From a candidate division WOR-3 bacterium (lineage in GTDB: Bacteria > Hydrothermota > Tepidihabitantia > Tepidihabitantales > Tepidihabitantaceae): a stretch of 64,000 bases of DNA. The stretch lies in assembly GCA_965648905.1 (NCBI GenBank), contig CBFGIT010000001.1:8704-72703 (forward strand), read 5' to 3'. The translations under genes were made by a program, and so were the position numbers. The notes below the pieces were generated by a model. The model saw only the letters and a program-made list of their open reading frames with translations. It was not told where the DNA came from and did not search any database. The first letter of the stretch is position 1. Every line of letters starts with the position of its first letter. Of this stretch, positions 8,904-16,965 are shown piece by piece.

Positions 8904-10285
8904 TGAATGATAAGGGCGTGATGTTTCGTTCCCTGCCTTCGGTCGACAGGTTGCTTGCCGATGCCCGGCTCGGCCCGGTCCTTGGCCGGGTGCACCGACG
9001 GATGGCGGTGCGGGCGGTAAGGGAGTATCTGGAGGAGGTGCGGGCCGACATCACTGCGGGACGAACTCGGGAGTTCTGTATCGAGGAACTGCGGGAGCGG
9101 CTTGAAGGCGAGATTCGGCCGACTCTGGTCCGTGCAATCAACGGCCTCGGTGTCATCCTGCACACCGGTCTCGGTCGGGTTCCTTTGTCGCGCGCAGCGC
9201 ATGAAGCGCTGGCCGATGCGGCCGAGCACTTCTGCTGTCTCGAGATTGACCGCACCACCGGTCGCCGCGGCAGCCGGTACCGGCACATCGAGCCTCTTCT
9301 CTGCGAGCTGACCGGCGCGGAAGCGGCCATGGTCGTGAACAACAACTGCGCGGCAACGCTCCTAATTCTCACCGGCCTGGCGCGCGGCCGGGAGGTTGTG
9401 GTCTCGCGCGGCCAGCTTATCGAAATCGGCGGTGCGTTCCGGATTCCGGAGGTGATGCTTCAGAGTGGTTGTCGAATGGTCGAGGTTGGCACGACCAACC
9501 GTACCCATCTGCGTGACTACCGCAGCGCCATTAGCGCCGATACGGCACTGCTGTTGCGCGTCCACACTTCGAACTACCGGATCACCGGTTTCACCAAAGA
9601 AGTCGGGCTTGACGAGTTGGTCGCGCTCGGGAAAGAGCACTCGATCCCGGTTGTCGACGACCTGGGCTCGGGCGCACTCATCGACCTTTCGAAGTACGGT
9701 CTGCCCAAGGAGCCGCTGGTACAGGAGTCGGTTGCGGCGGGCGCAGACCTGGTCTGCTTCTCCGGCGACAAACTCATCGGCGCATCCCAGGCCGGGATCA
9801 TTGTCGGCCGGAAGAAGTACGTTGACCTGCTCAAGAAACACCCATTGACCCGGGCCCTGCGCTGCGGCAAGCTCACCTATGCGGTACTTGAACGTACTCT
9901 CCTGCTTTTTCTCGACGAGGAGCAGGCCGTGAAGGAGCACGCTTTGTTCCAGTTGCTTCTGAAGCCGGTGGCGCAGTTGCAGACTGAGGCGACCGCACTG
10001 AAACGCCGGGTCGGCCCGGCCCTGGCTGGTAAGGCTGAACTGCGGGTCCGGCCGTGCCGGGCTGAAGTCGGCGGCGGTTCGCTTGCGACCGAGAGCCTTG
10101 AATCCCGTTGCCTGGCCCTGAAGCCAAGAGCCATTTCTGTGGACGAGCTTGCCCGCCGGATGCGGCGCAACCGCCCGCCGGTGTTCGGTCGGGTCGAGCA
10201 CGACGAATACCTGCTCGACTTTCGCACGATTCGCCGGGATGAAATCCCCTTGATCGCTCAAGCCCTGCTTGCCGCGCTGAGCTAG
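8900..10285 (+). CDS. selA: L-seryl-tRNA(Sec) selenium transferase SelA
   Basis: 461 aa with N-terminal LPSVDRLL and a PLP fold-type I core typical of SelA. ATGA overlap with mcsB. Confidence 0.9.
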   Translation: MMNDKGVMFRSLPSVDRLLADARLGPVLGRVHRRMAVRAVREYLEEVRADITAGRTREFCIEELRERLEGEIRPTLVRAINGLGVILHTGLGRVPLSRAAHEALADAAEHFCCLEIDRTTGRRGSRYRHIEPLLCELTGAEAAMVVNNNCAATLLILTGLARGREVVVSRGQLIEIGGAFRIPEVMLQSGCRMVEVGTTNRTHLRDYRSAISADTALLLRVHTSNYRITGFTKEVGLDELVALGKEHSIPVVDDLGSGALIDLSKYGLPKEPLVQESVAAGADLVCFSGDKLIGASQAGIIVGRKKYVDLLKKHPLTRALRCGKLTYAVLERTLLLFLDEEQAVKEHALFQLLLKPVAQLQTEATALKRRVGPALAGKAELRVRPCRAEVGGGSLATESLESRCLALKPRAISVDELARRMRRNRPPVFGRVEHDEYLLDFRTIRRDEIPLIAQALLAALS

Positions 10286-10304
10286 GGACCGACCGGCAGT
10301 CCGA

Positions 10305-11204
10305 ATGCTCCACCTTTCGGTTGACGTCGCTTCCCGGTCAGGCCGGGGCCTGCGCACTGCAGGCCCGCTGGTTGCTTTGGCCCTTGCAACCGCGGCCGCG
10401 GTCGCAAGTGTTTTCGGACTAGACGAGGTACAGAAGGTTGCTGGTTCCTGGTGGTTCGTTGCCGCCGCGTGTCTGTGCGGGCTGAGTGGTCTTGTCGGTG
10501 CGGTCAGACTGATTGGGCAGCGAAGACGGACGGCTGCGCTGTCACACTTCGGACTCGCACTCGGAATCGTCGGCATCCTTCTGAACCAGACCTTGAGTCG
10601 CGGCGGCTACCTGTTCCTGCCGGTTGGAGCCGGAGCACGGAACTACTGCCTAGCACAGAACCTGAAGGGGGTTGTTGAGCTGCCGTTCTCGGTTCGGCTC
10701 GACTCGCTCGGGGTGCGGACCAGCCGTGGCTTCAGACCTGCGCCCGCGGCACTTATCCGCGCCACGGCCGGCACGAAAGCTTTCGCCGCATCACTGACTT
10801 GGAACCATACCGTCACGGTCGATGGTTACCGGCTGGTGCTGTCCCGTGTCGTTGAGCAAGGGTTCCTTGAAGAGTACGAACTGGCGGTGGGCGAAGACGA
10901 ATACTCGCTCCTGCACAACCAGCGTGTCCGTCTCCGGCCCGGACTGGAAGTCACAAGCTTCGGCTTCGACGTCGAACACAAACAGGTCGGTCTGGTCGTG
11001 AACAATACCCGGCAGTGGCTTGCAGTCGGCGATTCGGCAGCGGTCGAAGGCGCACGTCTGCGACTGACTGCGGCATCTTTCGCACCAGCAGTTGGGGCGG
11101 TATTCGTCGCTAACGACGTCCGGCTGCGGCCGGTGCTGTTCATCGGCTTTGGTCTTGTGCTTCTGGGACTGCTGGGCGAGGCTCTTAGGAGAGCCGAACC
11201 GTGA
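10305..11204 (+). CDS. short ResB/CcsB-like cytochrome c biogenesis membrane protein (putative)
   Basis: 299-aa membrane protein whose stop overlaps the ccsA start (ATGA). It is called by position and topology only and is much shorter than canonical ResB. Confidence 0.4.
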   Translation: MLHLSVDVASRSGRGLRTAGPLVALALATAAAVASVFGLDEVQKVAGSWWFVAAACLCGLSGLVGAVRLIGQRRRTAALSHFGLALGIVGILLNQTLSRGGYLFLPVGAGARNYCLAQNLKGVVELPFSVRLDSLGVRTSRGFRPAPAALIRATAGTKAFAASLTWNHTVTVDGYRLVLSRVVEQGFLEEYELAVGEDEYSLLHNQRVRLRPGLEVTSFGFDVEHKQVGLVVNNTRQWLAVGDSAAVEGARLRLTAASFAPAVGAVFVANDVRLRPVLFIGFGLVLLGLLGEALRRAEP

Positions 11205-11950
11205 CCGAGCCAGTCCTGCTCTGGCTTGCCCTTGGTGCCTATGTTGTGTCAGGCCTTGTGACCGTGCTCGGCCGCAGGCCGGCCTTCTGGCCGGGCGTCG
11301 TACTTTCAGGATTGGGCCTAGTCCTGCAGGTCGTGTTTGTCGTGCTCCGCGCTATCGCAACCGGGTTTTTGCCTTTTGCCTCGCGATTTGAGGCGCTGGC
11401 GCTCTTCGCCCTGGCCGCGCAGGGAGCAGGGCTTCTGGTCTACCTTGGCACGCGCCAAGGCTCGGCCAAGGCCGGCACTGACCTGGCCAGTGTGCTGCTG
11501 CTCGCGGGTGCGCTTGCTCCGGTCGGATTCCATCGTGGCGGTGACCTGAACCCGCTGCTTGACAGCCCGTGGTTCGCCGGACACATTCTCGCCGCGTTCG
11601 CCGGCTACGGCTGTCTGGCTGCCGGCCTGGTCTGGAGCGTTGTCCGACTGTTCGACCGTGCTCTGGACCGAAACCCGTCGGTCCCGCTGCGCCTGGCCCG
11701 GGCCGGGCTTCTCCTGCTCGGAACCGGCATCCTGACCGGTGCGGCCTGGGCCGACACTTCATGGGGCAGCTACTGGAACTGGGACCCGAAAGAGTCATGG
11801 GCCCTGTTTGCCTGGACCGTGATGCTCGTCTACCTGCACTTCCGGTCCGGCCGTGTGCGCGACGTCGTCTTCTATGGTCTAGGCTGCGCCGCGATGATGT
11901 TTACGTTCTTCGGCATCAATCTGCTCAGGTGGGGACTGCACCGATACTGA
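11201..11950 (+). CDS. ccsA: cytochrome c-type biogenesis protein CcsA/ResC (heme exporter)
   Basis: WWD motif WGSYWNWDPKESWALFAW and multi-TM topology. Confidence 0.8.
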   Translation: MTEPVLLWLALGAYVVSGLVTVLGRRPAFWPGVVLSGLGLVLQVVFVVLRAIATGFLPFASRFEALALFALAAQGAGLLVYLGTRQGSAKAGTDLASVLLLAGALAPVGFHRGGDLNPLLDSPWFAGHILAAFAGYGCLAAGLVWSVVRLFDRALDRNPSVPLRLARAGLLLLGTGILTGAAWADTSWGSYWNWDPKESWALFAWTVMLVYLHFRSGRVRDVVFYGLGCAAMMFTFFGINLLRWGLHRY

Positions 11951-11994
11951 TTGACGCTGGCGGTTGCCGCCGGTATCCTCAAGTAGACACCCCC

Positions 11995-13455
11995 ATGACT
12001 ATCGCACAAGCCCTTGCGAACCTGGGCCGGCTCTATGACCGGCTGCTCGAACTCCGGGCTGACCGGAGTCTGTACCTTGTCGGCGGAACCATCCGCGACG
12101 TGCTCATGGGCCGGGAGCCGACCGACTTTGACTTTGCCGTGTCCGGGTCTGGGCTTGGGTTCGCTCGAGCCTTTGCCCGCAAGGCCCGTGGCCGACTGGT
12201 TGTCCTGTCTGAGCCGGATGACGAGGCACGCGTGGTCTGCCGCGAGGACCTGGTCTTTGACTTCACCGGGTTCGGCAATCTATCAATCGAGCACGATATC
12301 CGGCGCCGTGATTTTACGGTCAATGCCCTAGCCGCGGAGATTGACCACGGTCAGCCAGGCCCGATTATCGACCTCGTGCAGGGCCAGGATGATATCCGGG
12401 CACGTGTCATCCGGCCAGTGTCCGAAGACTCATTACGCCTGGACCCGCTGCGTCTCTTGAGAGCAATGCGCTTTGCCCTGGAGCTGGGCTTCGAGGTTGC
12501 CCCGGACGTATACGAGCAGGCACGCTCAGTTACCCTGCGCGAGACCGCGGCTGAGCGGATCGGGGCTGAGCTGCTGCGCATCATGGACCAGCCCGGTTCA
12601 TACCCGTTCATCCTGCGGCTTTTCGAGCTGGGCCGGCTGCAGGAGATTTTGCCCGAGCTTGGGCCGGTGTTCGACGACCCTGAGCTGCGCCACCATACGT
12701 TTCAGACCTGCTACAAGGTCGAGGAGCTCATCGCCCAGCCCGGATTCTTCGCCCGGTATGAGCCGGAGTGGGATGCATACTTTGGGCAGAAGGCAGAATG
12801 CAGAGTGCAGAATGCAGAGTGCAGAACGGCGGACGGCGCGGAGCGAGCAGCGAACAGTGAGCCTGTGCCTTATCGTCGCGCTCTGCTGAAGCTTGCCGGG
12901 CTGGTGCATGACATCGCCAAGCCTGAGACCCGGTTCACAAACACCGAAGGCGAGGTCCATTTCTATGGCCATGACAGCCTGGGCGCGAGGGTCGTCGGCC
13001 GCGTGGCACGCGAGCGCCTGCGCTTGTCCCGGGCCCAGACCACGATGCTCAAGACGCTCACTGCCGAGCACATGCGCCTGCACCTGCTTGCCACGACGCC
13101 TGACCTGACCGATCGTGCTGTTCGGCGTTACTTCCGTGATTTGGGCCCGGAAGCACTCGGCCTGATGATTCTCTGCGTGGCCGACGGCTGGGCGACCGCG
13201 GGTCGAACCTCGCATCTTGAGGATACCATCGCGCGGATGTTTGACCAGAAGCGGGCTGAGGACTCGGCCCGTCGCGTCCGGCGGCTGGTTACAGGCGACG
13301 ACCTGATTGAGCTTGGACTCAAGCCCGGCCCGGCGTTCAAGGTGATTCTGCAGGAGCTTGAGGACCTGCAGGTTGAAGGCCGGATTACGTCGAAAGAGCA
13401 GGGAATCGAGTATCTGAAAACCCACCTGACCGGCCTGGCCCGGACTGACTCATAG
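11995..13455 (+). CDS. cca: CCA-adding tRNA nucleotidyltransferase / poly(A) polymerase family protein with HD domain
   Basis: PolyA_pol head (GGTIRDVLMGREPTDFDFAV) and HD motif (HDIAKPET). Internal ATG at 11995 chosen; the upstream ORF part would overlap ccsA. Contains heptad repeat 12793-12862 in-frame. Confidence 0.8.
   Translation: MTIAQALANLGRLYDRLLELRADRSLYLVGGTIRDVLMGREPTDFDFAVSGSGLGFARAFARKARGRLVVLSEPDDEARVVCREDLVFDFTGFGNLSIEHDIRRRDFTVNALAAEIDHGQPGPIIDLVQGQDDIRARVIRPVSEDSLRLDPLRLLRAMRFALELGFEVAPDVYEQARSVTLRETAAERIGAELLRIMDQPGSYPFILRLFELGRLQEILPELGPVFDDPELRHHTFQTCYKVEELIAQPGFFARYEPEWDAYFGQKAECRVQNAECRTADGAERAANSEPVPYRRALLKLAGLVHDIAKPETRFTNTEGEVHFYGHDSLGARVVGRVARERLRLSRAQTTMLKTLTAEHMRLHLLATTPDLTDRAVRRYFRDLGPEALGLMILCVADGWATAGRTSHLEDTIARMFDQKRAEDSARRVRRLVTGDDLIELGLKPGPAFKVILQELEDLQVEGRITSKEQGIEYLKTHLTGLARTDS
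12793..12862 (+). repeat. heptad repeat tract (GCAGAAT/GCAGAGT)x5 degenerating into AGCGAAC-type heptads, inside cca
   Basis: 10 consecutive 7-nt units, translated in-frame as AECRVQNAECRTADGAERAANSE. Confidence 0.9.
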
Positions 13456-13463
13456 CGCAGGAC

Positions 13464-14423
13464 ATGACTCCGTCTTTCGTCTACGGCCCGGTTCCCAGCC
13501 GCCGTCTCGGTCTTTCCCTAGGCATCAATATCATCCCCCACAAGACCTGCACTCTCGACTGCGTCTACTGCCAGTGCGGCCGCACCACGGACAAGGCCGT
13601 GCAGAGAAGGTCTTTCTTTCCGGTTGATGAAGTTGTCGCCCAGGTGCGCGCCGCGGTCAAGCGTTCGCGGCCGTCATACCTTACTTTCTCCGGTGAAGGC
13701 GAGCCGACGCTCAACAAGGACATCGGTCGAATCATCCGCCGGCTCAAGGCCGAGACGAGCATTCCGGTCGCGGTGATAACCAACTCGACCCTCCTGACCG
13801 ATCCGGTGGTCCGGCGCGACCTGTCCGCGGCTGACCTGGTCGTGCCGTCGCTCGACGCTGCCGACCAGCGCGTATTCTCTTGGATTGACCGGGGCCGCCG
13901 GGAACTCGCGGTGAGTGATATCATCGACGGTCTGGTTCGGTTCCGACGGCACTTTCGTGGTCAGATGTGGCTTGAGATTATGCTTGTCAAGGACGTGAAC
14001 GATTCGGTCGAGCATCTGATGAAGCTCCGGCTTGCTGCGGAGCGGATCCGGCCTGACCGGGTGCACCTGAACACGGTTGTCCGGCCGCCGGCCGAAAAGT
14101 GGGCCCGGCCGCTTACCCGGGACGACCTTGAACAGGTTCAGATGCTTTTCGGACCGGGTGCAGAGGTCGTTGCGTCCTCGGTCCCGGTCAGGTCCAGGAC
14201 ACTCTCTGGCGACCCGGCACCGGCGCTGGTCGCGCTTGTCTCATCACGGCCGGTGACCGAGGAGGATGTTGTGCGCGCCCTGAGGCTTGAGCCGGGCCGG
14301 GCGCGTCAGGCCCTTGCCCGCCTGGTCGCCCAAGGTCGAATCCGGCGCGTTCGGTTCCAGGGCAAGGTCTACTTCGAGAAGCCGCAGGCGAAAGGCGAGA
14401 GGCGAACGGCGAATGGCGAATAG
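13464..14423 (+). CDS. radical SAM protein (CxxxCxxC) with C-terminal winged-helix-like tail
   Basis: CTLDCVYC cluster motif and GEGEPTL glycine-rich SAM motif. Its C-terminus is encoded by heptad repeat 14387-14442. Confidence 0.7.
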   Translation: MTPSFVYGPVPSRRLGLSLGINIIPHKTCTLDCVYCQCGRTTDKAVQRRSFFPVDEVVAQVRAAVKRSRPSYLTFSGEGEPTLNKDIGRIIRRLKAETSIPVAVITNSTLLTDPVVRRDLSAADLVVPSLDAADQRVFSWIDRGRRELAVSDIIDGLVRFRRHFRGQMWLEIMLVKDVNDSVEHLMKLRLAAERIRPDRVHLNTVVRPPAEKWARPLTRDDLEQVQMLFGPGAEVVASSVPVRSRTLSGDPAPALVALVSSRPVTEEDVVRALRLEPGRARQALARLVAQGRIRRVRFQGKVYFEKPQAKGERRTANGE

Positions 14424-14442
14424 CGAACGGCGAACGGCGAGC
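14387..14442 (+). repeat. heptad repeat (GGCGAAN)x8 spanning the radical-SAM stop codon and the start codon of the downstream lipoprotein gene
   Basis: ggcgaaa ggcgaga ggcgaac ggcgaat ggcgaat agcgaac ggcgaac ggcgagc; ATG 14413 and TAG 14421-14423 both lie within it. Confidence 0.9.
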
Positions 14443-16293
14443 TTGGTTGGAGTCCTGGCCTTTGCGGTCGGGCTCGTCTGCTGTGCTCGAAATGACCGGT
14501 TGGAAAGCAGGAGCGGAGAGAAGGAAAGGCCGCTCGTCTATCCTCGAGTGTTGTTTCTGACCACCGGCTCTGATGGTGCTGGCACACTGCCGTCAGGAGC
14601 CAATATCTGTCTTGAGACATTCAGCAGCCTGGGCGCGATTGTTGAAATCGCCGACAAGACGGTACTGCTCGACTCGGCCCGGCTCGCGTCAGCCCGCATC
14701 ATTGTCGCGCCGACCATTGCCGGGTATCACGATGCGGACCGGACCTTCTCGCTTTCGTTCCTGGACGACGCATCGATGAGGAATCTTGCCGCCTGGGTTG
14801 AGGCCGGCGGCATCCTCATCGCCGGCGAGAATGTCGGCCGGAACACAATCGAGGGCGAGGACCGGGTGACGTCCGGGGGAATCCTTGATGGCGAGGAGTG
14901 GCCGCTGGCCCGGGTCTTCGGCTATTCACTGGCAGAGACTAACCTCAAGGGGTTCTGGATGGTCAAGGACTCTGCTGCCCTGCTGCTTGCCGGCTTCCGT
15001 ACCGAGCTGGCGCCGGTCCTGCCCGAAGCGTGGCTGCTCGTGCCGGTCGACTCGACCGTGGCCAGCGGCGTCCAGGTGCTTTCTTACTGGGTGCGCGACC
15101 GCACGCGTCATCCGGCCATCACTCTGAATCGCTGCGGCCGCGGCTGGGGCATCCTGGTGCCGCTCTTTCTTCTGCTTCAGCCCGCCTTTGACGGCGGGGC
15201 CGGCGACGTGCCGGCCATCGCCGAGTTCTACGCCCGCGTCTTTGCGCTGGCGTTCGACGGACCAGCGGTCTACGTCAACCCATGGCCGGGCGCGCATCGA
15301 AGTGCTCTGGCCGTAACCCTGAATGAAGCCGAGGTCGCCGATTCGATTGCCGAACTGAAGCTGCGGACAACGCTTTCCCGCTTGCTCGCCGCGCCGGGCG
15401 TGGCTCGGCTTGATGTTTTCGTCACCGGGCTGCTGCCCGATTCGGTTGTCGCCCGGCTGAAGAAGGAACCGAAGGTGAAGCTGGCGAGTCTCAGTTACAG
15501 CCATCGATTTTTCACCGAACTCGACTTCTGCCGCACGATGTGGGAAATCGTCCGACTCGAAGACCGCCTGCGCCTGCCCTTGACCGGGTTTCGTTTCCCG
15601 TTCAGCCGCCGCACCCCGGCCGGGCTGTTCAGCCTGGCCCGGCGGGGTTACCGGTACGAGTCGTCGGTGTATATCAATCATGTTTCGGGACTTGCCGGTG
15701 CGCTGTTTCCCTACAATCTGCCGGTCTGGGTCAAGGGCCAGTACTGCCTGGTTACCGACATGCTCGAGCTTTCGCCGACGATTGAGGACTGGGACTTCTA
15801 CGGCGCAGGGGTTGCTTCGACGGTCTACGGCGATTCGGCCCAGGCCCGTGATGCGCGCCGGTTCGCGGCCCGGCTTGAATCCCACTGGCAGAGCCTCGTG
15901 CGTGCCCGGCGCGGAATGATGATCCTGACCCTGCACTCGGCGTACAGCGGGCACTCGGGAATAACCCTCGCACCGGTGACAGATTTCCTGGCCGCTGCGG
16001 CCCGGGCCGGAGACGTCTGGCTTGCCGGCATGGACGACATCGCCAACTGGTGGAACGCCCGGCGTAACGTCGAGATCAGAGTGACCAGCTCAAACCAGAA
16101 GACCGTACTCAGGTTCGCCAACAATAATCCTGAGCCGGTGCGCAATCTCGCGGTTCGACTGACCGAGCCCGGTCTGAACATCCAGACCCGGGGTACGGTG
16201 GTCAGCCGCGTTGAGCGCACCGAAGAAGATGGGACCTTCACCTATCTTGTCTTCGACCTGGACAAGACCGCTGAACTGGAGGTTACAAGATGA
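14413..16293 (+). CDS. hypothetical lipoprotein/secreted protein (possible polysaccharide-modifying, CE4-like?) of EPS locus
   Basis: ATG at 14413 lies inside the heptad repeat and is followed by the signal/lipobox-like LAFAVGLVCCA. 626 aa with no confident domain call from sequence alone. Confidence 0.55.
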   Translation: MANSERRTASLVGVLAFAVGLVCCARNDRLESRSGEKERPLVYPRVLFLTTGSDGAGTLPSGANICLETFSSLGAIVEIADKTVLLDSARLASARIIVAPTIAGYHDADRTFSLSFLDDASMRNLAAWVEAGGILIAGENVGRNTIEGEDRVTSGGILDGEEWPLARVFGYSLAETNLKGFWMVKDSAALLLAGFRTELAPVLPEAWLLVPVDSTVASGVQVLSYWVRDRTRHPAITLNRCGRGWGILVPLFLLLQPAFDGGAGDVPAIAEFYARVFALAFDGPAVYVNPWPGAHRSALAVTLNEAEVADSIAELKLRTTLSRLLAAPGVARLDVFVTGLLPDSVVARLKKEPKVKLASLSYSHRFFTELDFCRTMWEIVRLEDRLRLPLTGFRFPFSRRTPAGLFSLARRGYRYESSVYINHVSGLAGALFPYNLPVWVKGQYCLVTDMLELSPTIEDWDFYGAGVASTVYGDSAQARDARRFAARLESHWQSLVRARRGMMILTLHSAYSGHSGITLAPVTDFLAAAARAGDVWLAGMDDIANWWNARRNVEIRVTSSNQKTVLRFANNNPEPVRNLAVRLTEPGLNIQTRGTVVSRVERTEEDGTFTYLVFDLDKTAELEVTR

Positions 16294-16937
16294 AAGCGAT
16301 GCCACTTGTCTGTGCCGGCCTGGCTGCGCTGCTGGCTGGTTGTGCCGACCTGACCTACGACGCGACCGCGCCGACCGTCACGATTGTCTACCCGGTATCG
16401 TGGTCGACATTTGCCCGCGAGACTATCGAAATCCGGGCCGACGCTTACGACAACGTTGAACTTGACCGGGTTGTGTTCCATGTCGACGGTGAGTCGGCAG
16501 GCTCGGTCCAGACCAAGCCTTACCACCTGCGCTGGTACCCGGACACAACCGGGGGGCATTCGATTCACTGCGTGGCATACGACGCCGCGGGCAACGAAGC
16601 TCACTCCAGCCCGGTCGTAGTGACGATTACCTCCAGCGAGCCGCCGCCTGACCTGGAGCCGCCGTACGTCGCCCTGGTACGGCCCGCATCCTGGTCCGTG
16701 GTGCAGGAGACGGTGAGGATTGAGGCGATTGCCGGGGACAACCGGGGAGTACGCCGGGTCGTTTTCTTCCTCGACGGCGATACGCTGGCCGTGCCGGGTG
16801 GCCCGCCGTGGGTTCATTATTGGGACAGCCGCTCGGTCGGGAATGGCTACCATACCATCTACGCCGCGGCCGCAGACAGCTCGGGCAATCTCGGCTACTC
16901 GGCCGTGCTCACGGTCGACGTGCGCAACGCGCCGTGA
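16290..16937 (+). CDS. lipoprotein with two tandem Ig-like (Big-type) domains
   Basis: Signal + lipobox LLAGCAD followed by two ~100-aa internal repeats (VTIVYPVSWSTF.. / YVALVRPASWSVV..). Confidence 0.6.
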   Translation: MKAMPLVCAGLAALLAGCADLTYDATAPTVTIVYPVSWSTFARETIEIRADAYDNVELDRVVFHVDGESAGSVQTKPYHLRWYPDTTGGHSIHCVAYDAAGNEAHSSPVVVTITSSEPPPDLEPPYVALVRPASWSVVQETVRIEAIAGDNRGVRRVVFFLDGDTLAVPGGPPWVHYWDSRSVGNGYHTIYAAAADSSGNLGYSAVLTVDVRNAP

Positions 16938-16965
16938 GCCGTAATGGCTTGAAGGACCGCGGCAG

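Noticed and set aside
9362-10576. 404-aa minus-strand ORF opposite selA
   Set aside because: Shadow ORF. selA on the plus strand has strong family motifs.
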